A stretch of 64,000 nt of DNA, taken from the IMG/VR virus record IMGVR_UViG_3300021399_000099, positions 1 to 64,000 of that record; one strand, written 5' to 3'. The DNA comes from a virus. Its lineage: Duplodnaviria > Caudoviricetes. The notes beneath the pieces were generated by a model. It made no database searches, was not told the origin of the DNA, and saw only the letters and a program-made list of their open reading frames with translations. Position numbers and translations under genes: made by a program. Position 1 is the first letter of the stretch; each line of letters opens with the position of its first letter. Shown in pieces: positions 19,824 through 29,579 of this stretch.

Positions 19824-22800
19824 TTAGATGTTTATTATCTGGCTATTGGAAGACTGATATGTGGTCTTGAATTCGTCGTTAAGAGTATTGTGGGAAATAG
19901 TCTTCCTTGAACTCTCTGAGTTACCATTATTAACACCCTGAGCAATGGTTATGTTCCTTAATGGCGTAAAACCGGTCGGGCTCTGCGTGGAAGTTAAAGT
20001 AATATATCGGTTTCCGTTCTCTATCATAACATTCCGCACATTGTCCTTGTTAAATATGATTTGGTAGCAATTGTTCCCAAAGGTGTTGGATAAGCAGTTG
20101 TTCCCAAAGGTGTTGTGGTCGCAGTCGTTTCCAAAAGCGTTGGATGTGCAGCTGTTCCCAAAGGTGTTTGAGCCGCAGTCGTTTCCAAAAGCGTTGGATG
20201 TGCAGCTGTTCCCAAAGGTGTTTGAGCCGCAGTCGTTTCCAAAAGCGTTGGATGTGCAGCTGTTTCCAAAGGTGTTGGAGTAGCAGGTGTTCCCAAAGGT
20301 GTTGAACTGACAGTTATTGACAAAGGTGTTGAAGTAGCAGCTGCCTCCAAAGGTGTTGAAGTAGCAGTAACTTCCAAAGGTGTTGTGGATGCAGTCGTTC
20401 CCAAAGGTGTTGGAGTAGCAGGTGTTCCCAAAGGTGTTGGAGTAGCAATTATTTCCGAAAGTACAACCATATGCACAATGTGCATAATAATATGGGGTGT
20501 TTTCTGGGTCATCACTACCGATTTCTTCCCAATAGCCTAAAAAGACGTTATCATTTAAATACTGTATGCCACATTTACTATAATCATCATCAACGACACC
20601 ATAAAGCTTTATGTATTTTCCCATAACGTTATCGTGGAAAGTACTACCATTTTCATCGCTTTCATGCCCATATGGTGACTCCAAAGAACCATCTTTCAAA
20701 CCTGACCACGTATCGTTTGTTATATGATATGATGTTGCAGCAAACGTAAAGACCCAAGTATCTGTACCACCAGTTAAATCTAACTCCGGATATCCATTTG
20801 AAAGAGATATTTTTCTCTTAAACTGAATGTTCTTAAAGTCATAAGGACACTCATTGTTCCACTCATCTTTCATATAGTAGATAACACCACGTCCAGTTGA
20901 ACCGGTAACGGCCCAATAAAATCTCTTATCGTCGTTATCAAGTGAGTATTTAATCTCCCAACTTTCAAGTCTTGCACTGGCGTTAGCGAAATATGTATCT
21001 CCGTTATGTAAAACAACCCTTGCATTCTCATTGAGTTTATCTACAGCATCAGCAACGACAATGATATCAAACTGGTGTCCCGCTGCCTGGGTATCTTCCT
21101 GTGATGTTGTTGTATTGTAGTCAGTAATCCTATACTGCTTCCCAGGAGTAAGACCACTGCTGTCACGGAGCGTCTTAAGTGCCGACCAGGTGATTTCTTC
21201 AAAGCCGTCAAATCCAGTGTCCCCGGAAAGTTCGTCAATCTTGTTATTCAAGTTTATAAGTGCCTCCGCCGTAACAAGTTCATTATCAATAACAACGCCG
21301 GAGAGTGTTTCAAGGTTATCACCGATTTCCTCCGTTACACCAGAAAGTGTTGCAAGGTCGTTTTTAACAACGATTGTACCAGCTGAAAGTTCTTCGATGT
21401 TGTCGCTGTTGTCTGCCACTACCGAGGAAAGGTTGGTTACCCCGCCAGAAAGTGCTTCAAGACCGCTTTTTACATTAACGGTAGCCGCTGAAAGCTCATT
21501 GAGACCCGTATTGCCGGAAAGTGCATCGACCCTCCTGTTTAGGTCATTCAAGGACAATGCAACGACATAGTTCGTATCGGTTACTGCACCGGAAAGTATT
21601 GTAAGACCGCTTTCAACTTCGATTGTAGCAGCTGAAAGTTCAAGTGTAGAAGCGGAAACGCCGTCATTGATATCGCCCTTTGTATAGTAGTTGTCAGGGT
21701 TGAATATGTCGGTCAGTTCAAGTTCGATGTCTTCCTTTCCGGCGTCAGTGTTGAAAGAGATAATCATACTGCCGCCAGAGATTGTGACCGCACTGACCAT
21801 TCCGTCCTTAATGAAATCTGTAGCGTCGATTGAGGCCTTTTCCACGTCACCGTTCTTGAATACGATGGTCTTTGCCGATGAAACGTATTCGGCACCGTCA
21901 AAGAAATCTTCACTTGCGGTTGATAAAGCCACCGTTGCTGCTGAAAGTTCGATTGTATCCGCAGAAATGGCTTGTATGTCGGCATTGGTTGAACTTGAAA
22001 GGGTCACCGTTGCTGCAGAGAGGGCAATGGTGGCAGCTGACAGGGGTTCTACACTTCCGCCTTCCTCAAGAGCCGCAACCCTTTCGTCAAGGTCGTTAAG
22101 TGCCCCAGCCACGACTGCCTCATTGTCATAGTTCTGTTTCTGGAGTTTTCCAAAGGCCTCATTTACCGTATCGCTGGCAAGTACTACAAGTTCCTCCTCA
22201 GTTGAACCGGTAGCAAGTTCATATCCGGTAAGGCGAACATCGGCACCAGTGATTTCCTGAATGGCTTCAAGGTTTATTACCGTACTTGCTGACGGACAAT
22301 ATTGACCCTGTTTCACTCCGTTAAGGTTAAGTGTAAGTATGCCGGCTGTTTTTGCCGAAACGGCTGCGATATCGTGGATGGTACCGGCACTCAATGCCCT
22401 AAGGTCGGTATAACTCGCCTTGTTCCTTAATTCTTCATCCACATACTGTTGCATTTGTTCAAAACCGGTAGCAGTTGCCGCAGACAATGTCCTTACGGCA
22501 CCGCTTAATTGGGTAATTCCGGTGCTTTGCTCAATCTGCTCTTCGAGGTCATCAACCTTATTGTTGAGGTCGTTTAAACCTGCGGCGATTGCCTCCTCAT
22601 TATCAAGCATCTGTTTCTGGAGCTTGCCGAACGCCTCATCAACGGTATCCTCTTCCCTGAGTGTAAGTTCCTCCTCGGTGGAGCCGGACGCAAGTTCATA
22701 CCCGGTAATCTGTATGTAATCCCCGGTCATATGGGTCTCGACACCGGCAACGCGTTCGTTCAAAAGGTTGATTGCTCCAGCAGTAACCTCCTCGTCCTCA

Positions 22801-23189
22801 CGGATAATCTTCTTTACGCTGTTTATCTCGTTGGTCTTTACATTCAGTTCGTTTATTGCTGCCGCCGTAACCTTCTCATCCTTAATGAGTTCGTTCGTCA
22901 ATGCACTGAAGGCATCGGCAATCGTGGTCGAACTGTCAATGTAAGACAAACCGCTGTACGTATAACCACTCCCAAGGGTTTTAGTTTCCTCAAGTAGGTT
23001 AATGATTTTGGTTTCGCCAATGAACTTCTCATACTCAGTGCTTGTGTCGGCAGAACCCATCTTTATCCAAATTGCAGGTTCGTTAGGCGTGTGTTGTACC
23101 GCTATCTCTCCCAGATATAGACTGGCTTCAGTAGGGGCTGTTGTCCCCGTACTCGTATGTACGTTAATAAGATGCTTTCTATTTGCCAT
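19824..23189 (-). CDS. Large tail fibre / receptor-binding-like protein
   Basis: 1121 aa; coiled-coil LSA/LSG repeats; duplicated TGYELA.GSTEEEL...AFGKLQKQ; C-terminal NTFGNxC repeats. Confidence 0.75.
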   Translation of the reverse strand: MANRKHLINVHTSTGTTAPTEASLYLGEIAVQHTPNEPAIWIKMGSADTSTEYEKFIGETKIINLLEETKTLGSGYTYSGLSYIDSSTTIADAFSALTNELIKDEKVTAAAINELNVKTNEINSVKKIIREDEEVTAGAINLLNERVAGVETHMTGDYIQITGYELASGSTEEELTLREEDTVDEAFGKLQKQMLDNEEAIAAGLNDLNNKVDDLEEQIEQSTGITQLSGAVRTLSAATATGFEQMQQYVDEELRNKASYTDLRALSAGTIHDIAAVSAKTAGILTLNLNGVKQGQYCPSASTVINLEAIQEITGADVRLTGYELATGSTEEELVVLASDTVNEAFGKLQKQNYDNEAVVAGALNDLDERVAALEEGGSVEPLSAATIALSAATVTLSSSTNADIQAISADTIELSAATVALSTASEDFFDGAEYVSSAKTIVFKNGDVEKASIDATDFIKDGMVSAVTISGGSMIISFNTDAGKEDIELELTDIFNPDNYYTKGDINDGVSASTLELSAATIEVESGLTILSGAVTDTNYVVALSLNDLNRRVDALSGNTGLNELSAATVNVKSGLEALSGGVTNLSSVVADNSDNIEELSAGTIVVKNDLATLSGVTEEIGDNLETLSGVVIDNELVTAEALINLNNKIDELSGDTGFDGFEEITWSALKTLRDSSGLTPGKQYRITDYNTTTSQEDTQAAGHQFDIIVVADAVDKLNENARVVLHNGDTYFANASARLESWEIKYSLDNDDKRFYWAVTGSTGRGVIYYMKDEWNNECPYDFKNIQFKRKISLSNGYPELDLTGGTDTWVFTFAATSYHITNDTWSGLKDGSLESPYGHESDENGSTFHDNVMGKYIKLYGVVDDDYSKCGIQYLNDNVFLGYWEEIGSDDPENTPYYYAHCAYGCTFGNNCYSNTFGNTCYSNTFGNDCIHNTFGSYCYFNTFGGSCYFNTFVNNCQFNTFGNTCYSNTFGNSCTSNAFGNDCGSNTFGNSCTSNAFGNDCGSNTFGNSCTSNAFGNDCDHNTFGNNCLSNTFGNNCYQIIFNKDNVRNVMIENGNRYITLTSTQSPTGFTPLRNITIAQGVNNGNSESSRKTISHNTLNDEFKTTYQSSNSQIINI
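20070..20462 (-). repeat. Tandem 27-bp coding repeats (9-aa NTFGNxCxx unit)
   Basis: CCAAAGGTGTTG / CCAAAAGCGTTG recur about 14 times, including near-exact 54-bp higher-order copies. Confidence 0.9.
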
Positions 23190-23258
23190 AAATAATGATA
23201 TACTTTACTGAGTATAAATAGTAGTTCAAAAACAAAAGGTCGGCTTAAACCGACCTTT

Positions 23259-24026
23259 TTAAACTCTATTTTTATATCTAAAATAATGCACCCTTTCAGG
23301 CGGTACTTGATGTCTAAGCCCGGTAGGTGTTCTTTGCAGGAAGTCAGAGGCCCATCGACCGTTGCCTATGCACATTGCGATATGACCGTATTTGTAATTA
23401 TGGACCCTGTTTATCGACCAGGTGGATTCAACGACAACGACATCCCCCGCCTGACCCGCTTGTTGTGCCGGTATTTTCTGCCAACCGTTTTTCAACAATA
23501 TATTATAATACTGGTATGCATATCTGTGAGGCATTGCATACGGGACGTCCAAACCTCCACGATTGAGTGCCAACCTTACGTTTCTTGCACAATTTTCACC
23601 GGAATTGCTTCCAGCGTGTGCCGCCAACCATTGACAGGCCGCGGCAACGTTAAACTGCTCATGTGCATCAGCATTTTGTGCTTTACCGTGAAGTGCTTGA
23701 CTTAGGTCTGGAACATAGTCTCCGCCGGCAGTACCAGGAGCGGATGCACTAAGGGCCCCAAGCATCCATTTAAGAAATCCATTGTCTCCGTTAGCCACTT
23801 TCTCTTTCCAAGAGTCCGGGATGAGTGCGCCAGGAATACCCTTGATGAGGTTTCCGGCACCCTTAGCCACATCGCCGATATTGGGTAGCGGTCTGTCCTT
23901 TGTTCCTGGGAGGTATAAGCTGTCCTTGTAGTCATTGGGGTTATAGACTTCCATCAAGAGCATTTCCTGAATGATTTCCTTAAGCTCACTTTCCTTTATT
24001 ATGTATTTCTTGCCTTGTTTTTCCAT
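23259..24026 (-). CDS. CHAP/NlpC-P60-like peptidoglycan amidase
   Basis: GENCARNVRLAL (catalytic Cys), QAGDVVV, YGHIAM (His) and WASDF; shared N-terminal motif YIIKESELKEIIQE. Confidence 0.75.
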   Translation of the reverse strand: MEKQGKKYIIKESELKEIIQEMLLMEVYNPNDYKDSLYLPGTKDRPLPNIGDVAKGAGNLIKGIPGALIPDSWKEKVANGDNGFLKWMLGALSASAPGTAGGDYVPDLSQALHGKAQNADAHEQFNVAAACQWLAAHAGSNSGENCARNVRLALNRGGLDVPYAMPHRYAYQYYNILLKNGWQKIPAQQAGQAGDVVVVESTWSINRVHNYKYGHIAMCIGNGRWASDFLQRTPTGLRHQVPPERVHYFRYKNRV

Positions 24027-24121
24027 TTGGATATAATATTCATATATAAATATCCGTAAATTGTCATTTTTTGAATAGAAACGTGTTTCTTAAACTATTT
24101 ATCCAAAAAGGACTTATTGAG

Positions 24122-25321
24122 ATGAAAAAGAAAACACAGATTAAAATCAATGAAGATACTATTAAAGAAATTATCCGTAAGACCATAAAGGAACATGTAG
24201 GTATTGAAAATGCCTTAAAAAGGGGTGTGTGGTCTTCCGATGACCCAGAAGATGCCGCAGATATGAAAAGGGTTGAAGATGACGACAGACGCCAGGCGGA
24301 ATGGTTCGGATACAAAGACCCCGGAAATGAAATGTCAGACCTTATGTTTAAGCGTGCCAATGGGGACGATTCCGAGTTGCCTAGGAGAAGTGGGTTCGGA
24401 CTAGGTCGTAATAACGATGAAAGGATGCACGAGCTCTATGGCGATGAAGAGGAAGAGAGCAGGGCATATGATGAAAATCCTGAAGGCGAAGAAAACCTGT
24501 ACTTTGGTGACCCGGACCTCGAGCAGGATGATGAGGATGGAATGACCGGTATAAACGAGATAAGGCTCAACGAAGAAAATTTTCGTAAATTTGTCTCATA
24601 TTCGGTAGCGAGGATTTTAAAAGAGTCATATTACGGAAGACCAATTTTCGACAGGCACGGTGAGTATGACGGAAGTGAAGCCGGCAGTTATGGGGAAAAT
24701 TCATATGTTTTCGAGCCGGACATTGAAAAATATATTGATTCTGAGGATTTTGAAGACGTTCCGTTCCCTCAGGTAAAGGTATATTTCACAAAGACAGAAG
24801 GAATGAAAGGTGACGGATATCTTCAGCCAGACGACCCAGACGAATACGAGCTTGATTCTTGGACATTGTTAGACAAAGAGAAATATCCAAGGAAGATAGT
24901 CGATGCAGTAGAAAAATATATGGAGAATGATTTCAACCTCGAAGATTCAATTTCATCAAACTTATATGAGGGAAAGAACTTAGGTGTAACCTTCCATTCA
25001 AACGGGGAGGATACATACAAGCCGGAGAATCCTTATGGGAATATGACCTGGGATGAGTATGTTAAGGCAAAGACCGATGAGCAAGAGAAGGAAAAGGAGT
25101 TCCCGGAGACCCACAGTGACGGAAAGAACCTGGGCGTCACCTTTCATTCAAACGGGGAAAGTCACGAGAAGACCCCGGAAGAGATGGAGGACGAGAAACA
25201 TATGTTTGACGACGATTACTGGGTCGGCAAGATGAACTTATCCAAAGAAGACCTTGCCGAAATGGTAAATAAGTCAGTAAGACTTATCGCTGAAAGGATT
25301 AACCTGAAACCCAGACGATAA
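24122..25321 (+). CDS. Acidic hypothetical protein with three copies of the shared helix motif
   Basis: IKINEDTIKEII, IRLNEENFRKFV and NLSKEDLAEMV; duplicated GKNLGVTFHSNGE. Confidence 0.85.
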   Translation: MKKKTQIKINEDTIKEIIRKTIKEHVGIENALKRGVWSSDDPEDAADMKRVEDDDRRQAEWFGYKDPGNEMSDLMFKRANGDDSELPRRSGFGLGRNNDERMHELYGDEEEESRAYDENPEGEENLYFGDPDLEQDDEDGMTGINEIRLNEENFRKFVSYSVARILKESYYGRPIFDRHGEYDGSEAGSYGENSYVFEPDIEKYIDSEDFEDVPFPQVKVYFTKTEGMKGDGYLQPDDPDEYELDSWTLLDKEKYPRKIVDAVEKYMENDFNLEDSISSNLYEGKNLGVTFHSNGEDTYKPENPYGNMTWDEYVKAKTDEQEKEKEFPETHSDGKNLGVTFHSNGESHEKTPEEMEDEKHMFDDDYWVGKMNLSKEDLAEMVNKSVRLIAERINLKPRR

Positions 25322-25382
25322 TAGCAAATAAGGCACAAATTAACCCTGGACTTCTTGTCCGGGGTTTATTATATTATAGTAT

Positions 25383-26261
25383 ATGGAACAAAAGAAATTC
25401 ATCATACTTTTAATGTCCTGCAACAATCCCCTATATGAAAAGGAGGAACTTGCGTGTATGAACACATTCCTAACGGACGCCGAAGGCGAAGGTATTCCCT
25501 TCTATTTCTACAAGTCCGTTTCAGAGGGACATCCTGAGCCTGATTTCGACGAGGAGGCCCACACACTCTACGTGGATGCCCCAGACGGACTTGCTGGCAC
25601 GGGAAAGAAAACCGCCGCCGCCCTTAAGGCAATCCTCCCGCTGGATTTCGATTACGTCATAAAGACGAATGTCTCCACCTACCTGAACATCAAGAATATA
25701 ATTGACGGAACAAGGAACTGGACGGGAAAGGATGACACGAACATTTATGGCGGGAGATATATCATCAACAAATCTTCATTGAACATACCATTCCCCGGAG
25801 GTTGTTTCCTGGTCCTTTCAAAGACGCTGACGAAGGGGATGCTCGATACGCTTGAGACGCTCACAAACCGGAGTTCAATGCCGAAGACCGACGATACCCT
25901 TATCTGCCTGGCCACCCTCTATCACATACAGAAACAACTGAATGCAAACTATATTGACAAGATAAAGCAGGTTCCGTCAGTTGCATTATGGACCAAAGAC
26001 ATCGTTGAGGACCCTATGTTCAGGAATGCCTTCGCGATAAGGTGCAAGGATGAAACCGACCAGGAAAACACTCCAGGAAACATATTGATGACCCACACGC
26101 TGATAAAGGAGGGAAATTCCCCAGAACTGAACTATATCCCGGCAAAGGAATACGAAACCGGTCTTGGGCTTATGAACTATGCCGATTATATCAAGGTGGA
26201 TAAGGCCTTGAGCGTATTGAAGAAACTTAAGGAAATAAGAAATGAGGGAACCACGGAATAA
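25383..26261 (+). CDS. Putative glycosyltransferase (GT31/galactosyltransferase-like)
   Basis: DFDYVIKTNVSTYLN, FPGGCFLVLS and DDTLI motifs. Confidence 0.6.
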   Translation: MEQKKFIILLMSCNNPLYEKEELACMNTFLTDAEGEGIPFYFYKSVSEGHPEPDFDEEAHTLYVDAPDGLAGTGKKTAAALKAILPLDFDYVIKTNVSTYLNIKNIIDGTRNWTGKDDTNIYGGRYIINKSSLNIPFPGGCFLVLSKTLTKGMLDTLETLTNRSSMPKTDDTLICLATLYHIQKQLNANYIDKIKQVPSVALWTKDIVEDPMFRNAFAIRCKDETDQENTPGNILMTHTLIKEGNSPELNYIPAKEYETGLGLMNYADYIKVDKALSVLKKLKEIRNEGTTE

Positions 26262-26281
26262 GCGTTCCCCTTTTTTATATC

Positions 26282-26660
26282 CAAAAATTCTGGGAAAAAA
26301 TTTTTTTACGATGACTACTCTGGGAATCAGTTTTCCATAATGGGAATTCGAAGTCCGGGCAAGTCACTTTTTGGAATGAAAAAATTCCTGGAAAAATTTT
26401 TTTACGATGCCTACTTTGGCAAGTCACTTTTTGAAATGGAAAAGTTGGGGGAAAAAATTTTTCGAAAAGTAGTACCTTTGTTTTTTGGCTCGATTTTTTG
26501 GGGAAAAATTTTTTTGACAGGGCGTTTTTTTGGAGGTCACTTTTTGAAACCGATTTTTTGGGGAAAAATTTTTGTAACAAACTGTTCGCCCTTTATAGGC
26601 AAAAAACCCCGGGGACCGGTAGGGGAGGGGGTTCAGGGGGAGTATAGGGGGGAGTACCCC
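26282..26660. repeat. Non-coding A/T-tract repeat region ending in G-runs
   Basis: GGAAAAATTTTT five times; GGCAAGTCACTTTTTG at 26358 and 26418; CGATTTTTTGGGGAAAAATTTTT at 26491 and 26551; five runs of at least 4 G at 26611-26652. Confidence 0.85.
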
Positions 26661-26663
26661 GGA

Positions 26664-26984
26664 CTACTTGCCGGGTATTGTGGTGATTTCCTCCGTTGCG
26701 AAGGTCATACCGCACACCTCTCGGATTTCGCCATAGGGTTTCGGCTCACCCAGCACCTTGAACTGGGCAAACTGGCTCTCGTCCTTTGTGGTGCGCGACC
26801 ATTTAATCTTCGCAGTACCGCCACAACCGCTTTCGCTATTCCCACGATAGAACTGCGTAACGAGTTCGCCCTTTTCAGCCTGGGTTTCAATGGTGTCGGC
26901 AAGGTCGCGGAGAAACTTGGTGACGTCGTTGGGGTTGGAAGAGCCGACACTGACGAAGAAGAGGGGGAGATTTGAAGTAGTCAT
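26664..26984 (-). CDS. Hypothetical protein (sigma54 cassette)
   Basis: Preceded by CGGCAT-N5-TTGCT at 27043-27028. Confidence 0.8.
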   Translation of the reverse strand: MTTSNLPLFFVSVGSSNPNDVTKFLRDLADTIETQAEKGELVTQFYRGNSESGCGGTAKIKWSRTTKDESQFAQFKVLGEPKPYGEIREVCGMTFATEEITTIPGK

Positions 26985-27247
26985 ATTGCAACTGATTTTA
27001 GGGGTTAAACACTTACACCCTCATAGTAGCAAATTCAATGCCGGAACTGCATTTATTTGCAAAAAATTTCGTGGGTATATTAAAATAATTCTGTGACCAG
27101 GCTTAACAAAAGAAAAGCCCCCGGGGTGTAGTGGAATTTTACACCGCAGGGGCACATCCAAAGCTCCACATCCCCCGGGCCTACCAATTCCACTTGGTCG
27201 TTTCCGGCTTCATCTGCTTCATAGCTTCGGTTATTTAATCAACTGAC

Positions 27248-27571
27248 TTAGAACCCCAAGTCCATAAGATAGTTAGGCCAGCCGAGTTCTTCACATATCC
27301 TGTCGCACTGGGCAAGGTCATCTACGGGAACGAACTTTCCTTCACGCACCATTTTGCCGTAGTACTCGTCGCTGATAAGCCATTCATCGCAGATGCCGAA
27401 CATTTTGATAGTGCAGATACTAAATTTGGCGAGTGCCTCATTATCAACGAAAACGGAGAAATTGCCGGGTTTCTTCCTTTCACCCACTTTCACCCACACT
27501 TTCGGGGCGGTCATAATGTTGTGGTCAAAGTAGAGAACCATTTGTCCTTGCGCGATATTGCTCTTGTTCAT
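27248..27571 (-). CDS. Hypothetical protein (sigma54 cassette)
   Basis: ORF with its own promoter box at 27607. Confidence 0.85.
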   Translation of the reverse strand: MNKSNIAQGQMVLYFDHNIMTAPKVWVKVGERKKPGNFSVFVDNEALAKFSICTIKMFGICDEWLISDEYYGKMVREGKFVPVDDLAQCDRICEELGWPNYLMDLGF

Positions 27572-27624
27572 TGTGTTTGTGTTTTTGGGGTTACACTACA
27601 CTATATTGCAAAATCAATGCCGTA

Positions 27625-27990
27625 CTACTTGCTTTTGACGACAAACTTGTAGATTTTTTCAAGTTCATCGTGCAGGTAGATGAGTTCGTCCATTGAAAAA
27701 TCGTACATATCCATTCCGTTCCGTCCGTATTCTGCGGTACGGATGATGATATGCCCGCCCTTGTCCTCACGGCAGACTTCGGCGATTAAGTCCCAATAAC
27801 CCTCACAGCCTTCAACATTCACCCACGCACCGACCATTCCAGTAGTCACACCCATCTCCTTGAAAGCCCGCATATCAACTGAGCCGGTATTGGTCTTTGC
27901 CGTAATTGTATTGACCATTTCACGGATAGAACCGCATACCTCGTAAAGTAAGTTTGCCTTGTGGCGGAAAAGTGTATCGCTCTTTTTCAT
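27625..27990 (-). CDS. Hypothetical protein (sigma54 cassette)
   Basis: Promoter box at 28013. Confidence 0.85.
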   Translation of the reverse strand: MKKSDTLFRHKANLLYEVCGSIREMVNTITAKTNTGSVDMRAFKEMGVTTGMVGAWVNVEGCEGYWDLIAEVCREDKGGHIIIRTAEYGRNGMDMYDFSMDELIYLHDELEKIYKFVVKSK

Positions 27991-28020
27991 ATCAGTGTTT
28001 TCTTATTGTATATGCAAATC

Positions 28021-28431
28021 CTATGCCAGCGTGAGATTTCTAAACATCGGCTTTGTCAATGCGTTGTTGTTGCTGGCGATGATTTCAAGGGGCATAACCT
28101 TTTCAAGCACCGCGATAAGGTCTTTCTTCTTCATATATTCGGTGGTGGCTTGGTGGATGCCGTTGGCGGTGTTCAGCACCTCTCTACGCCACGAAAGCCC
28201 GGTCGTCTTAATGCCCAGGTCTTTGAGCCACTGCACCCGGTTTTCCCCAAAAAGGGTCAGCATATAGTTTGCCGTGCCGGGAACGCTATCGTCCTTGACA
28301 ACTTGGATATTGGCGGAGAAATGCACCTCTTTCACACCCTCCGGGAACTCCACGAAATTGCTGGCGGGAAGAACTACCTTGTAGCGGGTTTTGTCGCCAT
28401 TCACGAACCACTTTTTGAGCTTGATTTCCAT
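28021..28431 (-). CDS. Hypothetical protein (sigma54 cassette)
   Basis: Promoter box at 28458; its stop codon lies inside the next promoter. Confidence 0.85.
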   Translation of the reverse strand: MEIKLKKWFVNGDKTRYKVVLPASNFVEFPEGVKEVHFSANIQVVKDDSVPGTANYMLTLFGENRVQWLKDLGIKTTGLSWRREVLNTANGIHQATTEYMKKKDLIAVLEKVMPLEIIASNNNALTKPMFRNLTLA

Positions 28432-28533
28432 ATCTTATTGTTTTCTATACCTTTACTTGCAATAAGCGTGCCAAACTCACTGAGGATTAACGAATTGCCC
28501 CGGGAGCATTTAATATACCCCTGGGGTTGAATC

Positions 28534-28863
28534 TTACACGTAAGTCGGGGCGAAACCCTTCAATCCGTGTTCTTCCAGTGCTTGCAGTGCCCTTTGGCTA
28601 TCTCCTGCGGTGCGTGAGCCGATATTGAAGTAGATGGTTGTGTCTTCATCGACCCAATCGCCCTCCTTCCAATCGTAAAGCGTGAAAGGGGTTCCGTCTT
28701 CAAGTTCGAGCTGAAACTCAAAATTGACCTTGTCGCCACCATAGCGAGCAACGTCAATGTCAAGTTTGGAGCGGATTTCGTTTGCACTTGCGAGGATTGA
28801 GTAGCGGTGATAACTTGTACCGCTGAGGGTGTGCTCTTGGGAGAGTGGGAATATCTTTGTCAT
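28534..28863 (-). CDS. Conserved phage hypothetical protein
   Basis: GDKVNFEF...FTLYDWK motif; promoter box at 28897. Confidence 0.85.
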   Translation of the reverse strand: MTKIFPLSQEHTLSGTSYHRYSILASANEIRSKLDIDVARYGGDKVNFEFQLELEDGTPFTLYDWKEGDWVDEDTTIYFNIGSRTAGDSQRALQALEEHGLKGFAPTYV

Positions 28864-28910
28864 ATTCGTGTTGTTTATTGGTTGTGGTATAGTATGAGCA
28901 AATAGTGTGC

Positions 28911-29084
28911 CTAATAGTCAAACTCCCGCTTCAACCTTTTGCGGTCATAAACCTTTTTGGACTTGTGGGTGCGTGTCTTGCACATAGAGACCTGCTTGCC
29001 GAAAAGGGCGATTTCGAGTTCCCTATTGGCTTTCTTCATAGCGGTCACATATTCCTGCTGGGTGATTTTCGTTTTAGGTTTCAT
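28911..29084 (-). CDS. Small basic protein (57 aa)
   Basis: Manual translation MKPKTKITQQEYVTAMKKANRELEIALFGKQVSMCKTRTHKSKKVYDRKRLKREFDY. Confidence 0.75.
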   Translation of the reverse strand: MKPKTKITQQEYVTAMKKANRELEIALFGKQVSMCKTRTHKSKKVYDRKRLKREFDY

Positions 29085-29365
29085 AAAAAACTAAATTTCC
29101 ATTCGGTTGGTAGATTGTATTCTTCGCAGTAAATATCTGCCACTTTCGGGGTCATCTTTTCCGTTTCCCCTGGGGTATGCTTTTCAAACTTTTCTTCACA
29201 GGCAAAACTCTCACTGTATTCGAAAAGCACACCTAACAACCCAATTCTGCCACAAAGGGCATCAACACAGACGTAAGCCCCATTTTTCTCATCAATACCG
29301 ACCACGATATATCTTTGCATTCCCAATCGGTCTGCGATGAAATCACCTATTTTGAATTTTCTCAT
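29081..29365 (-). CDS. Hypothetical protein
   Basis: ATGA-coupled to both neighbours. Confidence 0.8.
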   Translation of the reverse strand: MRKFKIGDFIADRLGMQRYIVVGIDEKNGAYVCVDALCGRIGLLGVLFEYSESFACEEKFEKHTPGETEKMTPKVADIYCEEYNLPTEWKFSFL

Positions 29366-29535
29366 ATCAGTGCGATGGTTACGAACTTGTTAAAAAGGTA
29401 GGCGAGCATAGCGGTGTCGCCAGATGCTTTGACAACTGAACCCTTATGGGTGGCGGTTATTCCGCAATCCTTGAAGTAAGATACAAGGGCGATTGCCTCG
29501 TTCTCGTTGTCCATAGGAAATGTACTTGTTTTCAT
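29362..29535 (-). CDS. Hypothetical protein (57 aa, sigma54 cassette)
   Basis: Manual translation MKTSTFPMDNENEAIALVSYF...; promoter box at 29560. Confidence 0.75.
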   Translation of the reverse strand: MKTSTFPMDNENEAIALVSYFKDCGITATHKGSVVKASGDTAMLAYLFNKFVTIALI

Positions 29536-29579
29536 ATCATATCCGTTTTCCTATATATATGCAAAACCCGTGCCAGTGG

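Larger units (their letters stand above)
27028..29575 (-). promoter_or_regulatory. Six sigma54-type -24/-12 promoters on the minus strand
   Basis: 16-bp boxes at 27028, 27607, 28013, 28458, 28897 and 29560, for example TGGCAC-GGGTT-TTGCA. Confidence 0.85.

Noticed and set aside
26275-26975. ORFs 26340-26975 (+) and 26275-26580 (-)
   Set aside because: They are F/K/G-rich translations of the low-complexity repeat region, and the plus-strand one overlaps a better minus-strand gene.
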